A DNA stretch of 13,472 nt from Chlamydiia bacterium (GTDB lineage: Bacteria > Chlamydiota > Chlamydiia > Chlamydiales > JBMOFD01), in assembly GCA_049314435.1 (NCBI GenBank), contig JBMOFD010000054.1, forward strand, positions 1 to 13,472, read 5' to 3'. The translations under genes were made by a program, and so were the position numbers. The stretch's first letter is position 1, and every line of letters begins with the position of its first letter. The notes beneath the pieces were generated by a model. It was given only the letters and a program-made list of their open reading frames with translations. It had not been told where the DNA came from and searched no databases. Shown here piece after piece: positions 7,529 through 13,472 of the stretch.

Positions 7529-8080
7529 TCAGGGAGAGGAAACCATCGTCAGCGTAATCATCGCCGAGGTGGGACCGGGGGGTGCGTTTAGGTGGGTGCG
7601 GATAAAGAAAGTCAAATGAGCAGAGCCGGCGCTTGAGCTGATGTTGCGGATGAGAGTCGCTTGAGCTCCGACAGTACGTAGAGATTGAGCAAATGGGGGC
7701 ACCTGTGCAGCCCCAAATGCGTGATCTGCACTCAATGTGGTAAGCCGCGAGGCCTGAACGCCTACGATACCGTGCGGAGGCGCCCTTGAAAGACTCGCTA
7801 CCACCTCCTGAGGAGATGGATCGTTGGTAGCAAACTGAAGCATCGCTGCTTCAAAGGTAAGATCGAAGATCGGATCAGAGCCCAAAAGAAAGGTCGAGGT
7901 CGTGCTTGTCAGATGGGAGGGCGTCACGCTGATCCTACTAATGTCAGGGACTGAGGCTTCTAAAGTGACCGTTACAGAGGCGTTAGAGCAGAGAGCTGCT
8001 GGGACAACCAACACAAGACCCATGCAAGCCGCTATCATTCGCAGTGGGCTATATAGTAATAGCGGACCTTTGCAGAACAT
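7529..8080 (-). CDS. Secreted pilin-like subunit 1 (donor-strand-complementation type, putative)
   Basis: Hydrophobic signal ending PAALCS, alternating N-terminal strand NASVTVTLEASVPDI, and C-terminal strand PPGPTSAMITLTM. Colinear with the 11237-11734 product. Start uncertain (8110, 8104, 8080 or 8038); GAGGTG lies upstream of 8080. Confidence 0.6.
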   Translation of the reverse strand: MFCKGPLLLYSPLRMIAACMGLVLVVPAALCSNASVTVTLEASVPDISRISVTPSHLTSTTSTFLLGSDPIFDLTFEAAMLQFATNDPSPQEVVASLSRAPPHGIVGVQASRLTTLSADHAFGAAQVPPFAQSLRTVGAQATLIRNISSSAGSAHLTFFIRTHLNAPPGPTSAMITLTMVSSP

Positions 8081-8195
8081 ACCTCTGAGCACCTCGCAAT
8101 ACATCTCCATGGAAGGAGATCGAGGAGGGCTCCTTAGAAGCAAACGATTGCCCTAGGCCTCTTCTGTCCTTCTAGCTGCTTCATTCATGTTGGGA

Positions 8196-8205
8196 AATTA
8201 TAATT
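8196..8205. promoter_or_regulatory. Palindromic AATTATAATT giving a TATAAT -10 box on both strands in the divergent pilin/usher intergenic region
   Basis: TATAAT on + at 8199-8204 and on - at 8202-8197, in an AT-rich patch flanked by TGTTG (8188-8192) and CAACA (8206-8210). No clear -35. Confidence 0.35.
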
Positions 8206-8487
8206 CAACAATTCATTTGCCAGATGCGATTTGAGGGAGAAAGCCGACCGCAAGAGTATAGCTTCATCGAGGTCGCAAAGCAGTTCTTACCTTCCTGTGG
8301 AACCCTTTAGGGGGGCTATGTTAGCTTCTTGCTGGCTGAACTTCGAGGCGCCGCGATCGGTACCAGCTTGCTGCCTATTCTAGGAAGGCTTGTTTGAGAT
8401 CTTCTATCAAATTTTGAGGCAATCTGTAACTTGGGCAAGACGCTTGTACGAACTTTGGTTCTTGTCTTAGCAAGCGCCCTGCAGGAG

Positions 8488-11187
8488 ATGCGACTCAGGC
8501 AAAACCGCTGCATGGGGAGCTTTGGGTGCTTGCTGCCAGGAGTGCGGCCGCTTTGGCTAGTTGGTCTTGTTCTGCATGCAGGACGCCTCTTCGCTTGGGA
8601 TTGGACTGTTACAAGCGATGCGGCCTGTTGGACTGCAGATGGATGGACTCGAGGCCTTCTACAGGTACACCTGGCTGAAGGCGAGACTATTGACGAGCCT
8701 TTAGAGGCGGAGGGAGGCTCCGTGCTGATTCCCGGCCCCATGCCTCGCCGGTTAGTCGGGGTGGGCCCAACGACTCTGCATATTCCGATGGCTGTGCGCA
8801 TGCGCACACAAGCATCTGGAGAATCGGCTACATTGGCCGTTCGTTCGGCGAGTAGAACCCTGCGATGGACGCTTCCCATTCCGGTCAGAAAATCGGTTTC
8901 CTCACATGCTATCGTTGACAAGACGATCTATCCGGAGGGTAGTCGTATTCCTCTTCGGTGGACTCTGAGGAATGAGGGGAACGTGCCTGTCGAACTGGAT
9001 CTGCGATCGATAGGAGATGGGGAAATCGATGATTTTCCTCTCAAGCATGTTCTAGCGCTCCATGAGGAGCTGACTCTTGATTTAATCTGGAGGCCACAGG
9101 GCTCAGGCAAGAAAGCGATTACGTTGATTGCGGGTGGCGCAGACTTGCAGGCCATTTCGATTGCCGAAGTGGTCCTGGTGCCGGTGTATGGCAACTTTGA
9201 TCCGTGGGATCGCCAACGGGTTGACGTTGGCTTGGCTGGTCTGGCCATTGAGCGGTCGCGGCATGTCTATATTGAAGCCAGATCAGGCCAGGATTTGAAG
9301 GAAGCCTCCTGGTCTGGTTATGGGAGACTTCCGCTAGCAGGCACGCCGGGTACTAGCACGCTGAGGGATCTTTCTTTTTTGGGGGAACCATTTGAGGCGT
9401 TCTATTTGTCGTTCGCAAGACCACGGTGGCGTGGCTACTTTGGGGATGGCGCCTACTCATTTAACGACTTGATCCTAAACCAGCAGTACGGGAGAGGTGT
9501 TTGGCTCCGCTACGGTGAGGAGAACTCTATTGAAGGGCTGGCGGTAAGAGATGTCCCAGGCGCGAGACAGGGGGCCTTTGGATTATGGGGCACCCGTGTG
9601 CGAGGTTGTAGACCTACTGGGTATGAAGGGGAATTGGCGGTGGTGCAGTTCCTACCAACGAATCGTCCCGATGCGATCTTTGATTTGGGAACAAGGCCCT
9701 GTACCCTGTTGGCGGCTGGAGTTGCCTATCAGCCTGGTCCCGAGAGAAGCATGTCATTGCAGATTGGCAGGGCTATGAGCGAAGTCTCGAAGGCCGAGGA
9801 GGCGTGGATGCCTTGGGGTCCCTGGAGTTGGGATCTATCTGGACAATATCGAACTGAGTCGATGTATGTGTCCGGGAACTGCAGAGGAGCTGAAAGAGGG
9901 TTCCTTGGGACCTACAGCAACAGTATCTCCGGGGCGGGCATCGTTAGCATGGGACTGGGGCCAGAAGTTCGTCTGTCTGCGTTGGGCTCGGCGACCTATG
10001 CGGGGTTTGAGTCAGATAGCCTCTCCGAGGACCCAATCGGCTGTACGCTATTTTCTATTACAGCGAGTTCCTCTCTGCCAGCTCAGTCCATGGGCACTTT
10101 GAGTCTGAACTATCAGAGACAGCGGCAGGGTTGGCATCTTGGTAGCAGAGCCTTTCAGTTGCTCTATGCTTCTGGCAGCTGGGGTAAGAGCTGGTCGCAC
10201 ACCTCGCTTAGCTTACAATGTAGCGCTGGAATGCAGCAGTCTATGGTGCCCAGCTGGGAGGGAGCCTATTTTTCCTCTGGGACCTATGCCAGCTATGGTT
10301 GGGAAAATGGCGTGCAGTGCACGTGCTTTATCCAGGGTAATATCGCGCGAGGCCAGGTTATCCCCAACCTTACATATGGGCTGTCCCTTCGTGCTTGCAC
10401 GAAGTCCCTGGATGCCAATGTGCAGTGGCAAGATGTGATTGGGTGCGGAGGTGGTGTGCTCTTACAGGGCACCTGTACGTGGAGGCTTCCCTCTGACTTC
10501 CAGCTGCATGCCACAGTTCGTAGTCAAAAAATTTTCCAGAGTGAGCCAACGATTGGGGCCCTTTTGACTCTCAGTCGCCCTCTACACGTGCCGTATCGGC
10601 ATAAGCGGGTATCGTCGGTTCGAGGACGGGTGACCGACTCTCGTAGAGGCAAGGGGGAGCCCCTGCAAGGGGTGATTGTTAGTGCCCAGGGGTTGTCTTG
10701 TATGACCGATCAGCGGGGTGAGTATCATCTGGGGCCCTTGAATGGGGATGGAACAGATCTGACTCTAAGTCAGCTACCGAGCGATACCACGACGATGCCC
10801 GGCTTTCCCTTAGCGGTTGAGCTGGCTCTTCAAAGGATTACTACGCAGGATGTTGAGGTCTTAGGAGCTGCACGAGTCCAGTTGGCCTGCCTTAGTCCTG
10901 AAGGAGACTACGTTCCGGGTATTCGAGGCGTTTTAAGGCAGGGTGAGTTGGAGGTCTTCTTTCAAACGTCAAAAGGACCTTTGACCATTAAGAGTTTACG
11001 GCCAGGTCGATGGGAGCTCCTACTCTACCCATCCGACGATTGGGAAGCTATTCCAAGTAGAAGCTTCCTGCTGACTGCAGGAGGACAACTTGATCTGGAA
11101 CTGACCTGTTCCCCTAGAGAGCGTCGTATCCGCTGGCTCCGCGAAGCAGAAACACCCGTGGTGGGGTCGATTGGGGATGACAAATAA
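8488..11187 (+). CDS. Large outer-membrane usher-like protein: signal peptide, N-terminal Ig-like domains, central beta-barrel, two C-terminal carboxypeptidase-regulatory/SdrD-B-like domains
   Basis: Signal ending RLFA-WDW; Ig-like motif LRWTLRNEGNVPVELDL; long Gly/aromatic amphipathic-strand region (e.g. WSWDLSGQY, LYASGSWGKSW, YFSSGTYASYGW); SSVRGRVTD...PLQGVIV...TDQRGEY and IKSLRPGRWEL. Start at 8488 or 8512. Confidence 0.6.
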   Translation: MRLRQNRCMGSFGCLLPGVRPLWLVGLVLHAGRLFAWDWTVTSDAACWTADGWTRGLLQVHLAEGETIDEPLEAEGGSVLIPGPMPRRLVGVGPTTLHIPMAVRMRTQASGESATLAVRSASRTLRWTLPIPVRKSVSSHAIVDKTIYPEGSRIPLRWTLRNEGNVPVELDLRSIGDGEIDDFPLKHVLALHEELTLDLIWRPQGSGKKAITLIAGGADLQAISIAEVVLVPVYGNFDPWDRQRVDVGLAGLAIERSRHVYIEARSGQDLKEASWSGYGRLPLAGTPGTSTLRDLSFLGEPFEAFYLSFARPRWRGYFGDGAYSFNDLILNQQYGRGVWLRYGEENSIEGLAVRDVPGARQGAFGLWGTRVRGCRPTGYEGELAVVQFLPTNRPDAIFDLGTRPCTLLAAGVAYQPGPERSMSLQIGRAMSEVSKAEEAWMPWGPWSWDLSGQYRTESMYVSGNCRGAERGFLGTYSNSISGAGIVSMGLGPEVRLSALGSATYAGFESDSLSEDPIGCTLFSITASSSLPAQSMGTLSLNYQRQRQGWHLGSRAFQLLYASGSWGKSWSHTSLSLQCSAGMQQSMVPSWEGAYFSSGTYASYGWENGVQCTCFIQGNIARGQVIPNLTYGLSLRACTKSLDANVQWQDVIGCGGGVLLQGTCTWRLPSDFQLHATVRSQKIFQSEPTIGALLTLSRPLHVPYRHKRVSSVRGRVTDSRRGKGEPLQGVIVSAQGLSCMTDQRGEYHLGPLNGDGTDLTLSQLPSDTTTMPGFPLAVELALQRITTQDVEVLGAARVQLACLSPEGDYVPGIRGVLRQGELEVFFQTSKGPLTIKSLRPGRWELLLYPSDDWEAIPSRSFLLTAGGQLDLELTCSPRERRIRWLREAETPVVGSIGDDK

Positions 11188-11236
11188 ATAATTTAATAAA
11201 ATACTTTGAAGTAAGGCGACCTTGCGGAGAAAAGGG

Positions 11237-11734
11237 ATGGACTTCAAATGGCGGGGTGGGGCCCTTCTCACATGTGCGGTGGCCTGGACCGGACTAAGCA
11301 ACCAGGGTGTCGTGCTCCACTTACAAGCTGTGGTCCCCTCAATCCGTACGATAGAAAGTTCCAGCACGGTGCTCTTGAATCCTACACCTACGGTCATCGG
11401 TAACGTGATCCGAATGGACTATCCTCCTTTCACGTTAAGCTACTCAGTAAATGGGGGTATCCCAGCTTCGGTCCAAGCCTCGCTACTTTCGGTGACTGGA
11501 GGCAGCGTGCACATAGAGGCCGTTTGCAATCGTAGCTGTGGGCTTGCTTCTCCAGGTGTTCCGATTTCTGGTGGGGCTCGCTTAGTGACGGCGGGCGATC
11601 AGGCGGCAGTCATCCAGAGCATTTGCGGCTGTTCGAGTACCGCGACTCTCAGTATTTCGTGGCTTCTGGATATGCGCGAGTCTCCTGGAGCACAGACAGC
11701 TTCTGTTATGTTGACACTTTTAGACGGTTCCTAG
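11237..11734 (+). CDS. Secreted pilin-like subunit 2, paralog of 7529-8080
   Basis: GGAG RBS at 11226-11229; signal MDFKWRGGALLTCAVAWTGLS; N-terminal strand NQGVVLHLQAVVPSI; C-terminal strand SPGAQTASVMLTL. Confidence 0.6.
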   Translation: MDFKWRGGALLTCAVAWTGLSNQGVVLHLQAVVPSIRTIESSSTVLLNPTPTVIGNVIRMDYPPFTLSYSVNGGIPASVQASLLSVTGGSVHIEAVCNRSCGLASPGVPISGGARLVTAGDQAAVIQSICGCSSTATLSISWLLDMRESPGAQTASVMLTLLDGS

Positions 11735-11836
11735 GACCCTAGGCGGAATGGTTAGAGGCCGAGAGGGTTGTCAGTTGGGTCAACTGATCGAGTCCCGAAA
11801 GGATACTTCTATTGCCGTCTAGAGGAGTTTTGCGCG

Positions 11837-12733
11837 ATGTACTGTCGAATCTGCGCTGCTGATTGGGGGAGGGTTTTTCTACTTATTGGAGTTGCGTTCA
11901 CCCATTATTTAGATGCAATGATTCAACTGCGTTCTCCGCTAGAGCAATTTATTAAAGCTGAGCCAGGGCAAGCCGCATTTCTTTCGCTGCAAGTCTACAA
12001 CGATGGGGAGACGCCATGCCAGATTGCTGTAGATGCTGAGGATTTTCGGATCTCGCCGGAGGGAGAGATCGAACTAGCTGCACAGCTATCCGAAGCAGAG
12101 GGCGCACAGAGCTGTTGTAAATGGATCCAACTGCCTGAAGAGGCCGAGCCACTAGCTTTGCATGAAGAGAGGCGGCTACTGATTCCCATTGTAGTTCCTG
12201 AGGATGCCAAAGAGGGGTCTAGGTGGGCCATGGTCTATGTGTGGAGCCGTGAAGCAAAGGCTGAGAGGCGTGGGGAGTGCGAAATCTTCACGCACTTAAG
12301 GTATGGGATTCAGGTCGTTGTGGATGTAGGAGTCAGGGCCTCGGAGATTGAGCTCGATATTTCGTCTCCACAGGTAAGCCCTGAGAGGTTAACATGGACA
12401 GTCTGCAATCGGTCGAGCTGGGTTGTGAAGCCCAAAGCGGAATGTATGCTCGTGGATAGTCGAGGTCATGACCATGGCTTACACGAGATGCGCAGTGGGA
12501 AAATCCTTCCCGGCCAACAACGCCTATTCCACCTTGATTGTGATGTGGACGAAGGCCAGTATACGGCTGTCTTCCTCCTGGATGATCCGCTTGGAGCGTC
12601 ATTGGGCGTGAGGGACTTAATCAGCATCTCTGCACCGGCGGCAGCCTTGATGCAAGATCCCGCATCAGACGCCCATCTTCCCAACGCATTGCCTGTTTCG
12701 GCCACATCAGGGGAGAACTGTTTCTCCTTATAG
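11837..12733 (+). CDS. Periplasmic pilus-chaperone-like protein (PapD/DUF916-like two-Ig-domain fold); the last ~23 codons derive from the adjacent IS
   Basis: GAGGAG RBS at 11822-11827; signal ending THYLDA; motifs SPL...AEPGQ...LQVYNDG, S..KWIQL...L..HEERRL.IPIVVPEDA..GSRWAMVYV, LRYGIQVVV, and a second domain WTVCNRS...KILPGQQR...EGQYTAVFLLD. Confidence 0.7.
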   Translation: MYCRICAADWGRVFLLIGVAFTHYLDAMIQLRSPLEQFIKAEPGQAAFLSLQVYNDGETPCQIAVDAEDFRISPEGEIELAAQLSEAEGAQSCCKWIQLPEEAEPLALHEERRLLIPIVVPEDAKEGSRWAMVYVWSREAKAERRGECEIFTHLRYGIQVVVDVGVRASEIELDISSPQVSPERLTWTVCNRSSWVVKPKAECMLVDSRGHDHGLHEMRSGKILPGQQRLFHLDCDVDEGQYTAVFLLDDPLGASLGVRDLISISAPAAALMQDPASDAHLPNALPVSATSGENCFSL

Positions 12734-13020
12734 GGGAGTTTGATCTGAGGGCGCCTCCTCTGAACGGCCTGCGCCGTCTGCACATTCGCTAGAAGCATAT
12801 GACAGATCATCTGAATGCTCTGACTATGCAGAGCGAATCGACCCTTGGTTGCTTTTTGTAGCTCATCTCGATCTGGCCACGACGTGTGTTGCTCGCGGCG
12901 TTCCCGGTGTAACGAGCAACAACAGTTCCAAACCTTAGCGGCCTCCTTCTCACCCTCTCTGGCGATGCGAAGAGCCTCCCTCGACAGGTTTCTAAGTTCG
13001 ATGATGCGCGTTAGTTGCAT
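12663..13020 (-). pseudogene. tnpB: Truncated, frameshifted TnpB (N-terminal ~120 codons only)
   Basis: MQLTRIIELRNL...EAAKVWN...WPDRDELQKATKGRFALHSQSIQ...KLPYKEKQF, then after a frameshift at ~12714 PLMWPKQAMRWEDGRLM. Similarity appears to end at about 12663 and no RuvC domain is present. Confidence 0.8.
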
Positions 13021-13041
13021 GTCGCATACCATATCATCCGT

Positions 13042-13449
13042 ATGGATACCCTACAAGTCGGGAAAACTCGCTGGACGCACTACCAGATTGCCTACCATCT
13101 GGTCTGGATCCCTAAGTATCGTCGTCGCATTCTCACGGGAGCTGTCGAGCAGGCGACAAAGGAGCTCATCCACGCATGCGCGGAAAAGCATGGATTTTCG
13201 ATTTTAGCCGTAGAGACAGACGAAGACCATGTTCATGTCTTTGTATCGGCTCCTCCAAGAATGAGTCCTGCTCATATCGCCAATCTCCTCAAGGGCTACA
13301 CTTCTCGGCTCTTGCGACTCCAGTTTCCGGAGCTCAAGCGTCGTTGCGGCGAAGACCAACTCTGGACCCAGTCCTACTACATCGGCACAGCGGGCAGTGT
13401 CTCAGCTCAGATCATCCGGCGCTACATCATGGAATGCCAGGGTGTTTGA
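13042..13449 (+). CDS. tnpA: IS200/IS605-family Y1 (HUH) transposase
   Basis: YHLVWIPKYRRRIL, HUH motif DHVH, LLKGYTSR, LWTQSYY, and the catalytic Tyr helix IRRYI. Intact 135-aa ORF. Confidence 0.97.
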   Translation: MDTLQVGKTRWTHYQIAYHLVWIPKYRRRILTGAVEQATKELIHACAEKHGFSILAVETDEDHVHVFVSAPPRMSPAHIANLLKGYTSRLLRLQFPELKRRCGEDQLWTQSYYIGTAGSVSAQIIRRYIMECQGV

Positions 13450-13472
13450 GCGTGCTTTCATCCCGATCCCCT

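Larger units (their letters stand above)
12663..13472. mobile_element. Partial IS200/IS605-family element (IS605-type, divergent tnpA/tnpB); tnpB side deleted, tnpA-side end cut by the window edge
   Basis: Divergent tnpA and tnpB remnant separated by 21 bp. After the tnpA stop, CTTTCATCCC resembles the start of an IS200/IS605 subterminal hairpin. Confidence 0.85.

Noticed and set aside
7281..7619. Remainder of the 138-aa ORF 7203-7619 as a real protein or mini-TnpB
   Set aside because: Only the first ~26 codons resemble TnpB. The rest has no motifs and overlaps pilin 1 antisense.
8207..8222. Sigma54-like promoter on the minus strand (TGGCAAATGAATTGTT)
   Set aside because: The -12 element is GT rather than the near-invariant GC.
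8316..8921. 201-aa minus-strand ORF and the other short ORFs nested in the kinase, porin, usher and chaperone genes
   Set aside because: Antisense or alternate-frame shadows with no recognisable motifs.
12466..13032. 188-aa ORF as an intact short TnpB-derived protein
   Set aside because: After KEKQF the frame leaves TnpB and reads antisense through the chaperone gene. It is a pseudogene read-through with no RuvC domain.

Overview
Bacterial window of moderately high GC, possibly from a Chlamydiota-like host-associated organism (inferred from gene content only). From left to right: (1) the 5' part of a minus-strand MNT-family nucleotidyltransferase gene that the ORF track misses, with an altered catalytic motif; (2) a 1013-aa Hanks-type kinase fused to 26-aa helical repeats; (3) a perfect 21-bp hairpin; (4) a GIY-YIG nuclease gene divergent from a Schlafen/AlbA_2 + HATPase_c_4 + wHTH gene, separated by a 27-bp perfect inverted repeat built from 9-bp units; (5) an OprB-type porin; (6) a short tnpB scar; (7) a four-gene cluster that looks like a non-canonical chaperone-usher-like pilus system, with two paralogous donor-strand-type pilins, a ~900-aa Ig/beta-barrel/Ig usher-like protein and a PapD-like chaperone; (8) an IS605-type element with intact tnpA and a truncated, frameshifted tnpB whose antisense strand supplies the chaperone's C-terminus and stop codon. 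The pilus-like cluster is the best candidate for an undescribed system. All family calls come from motif recognition by eye; no searches were run.
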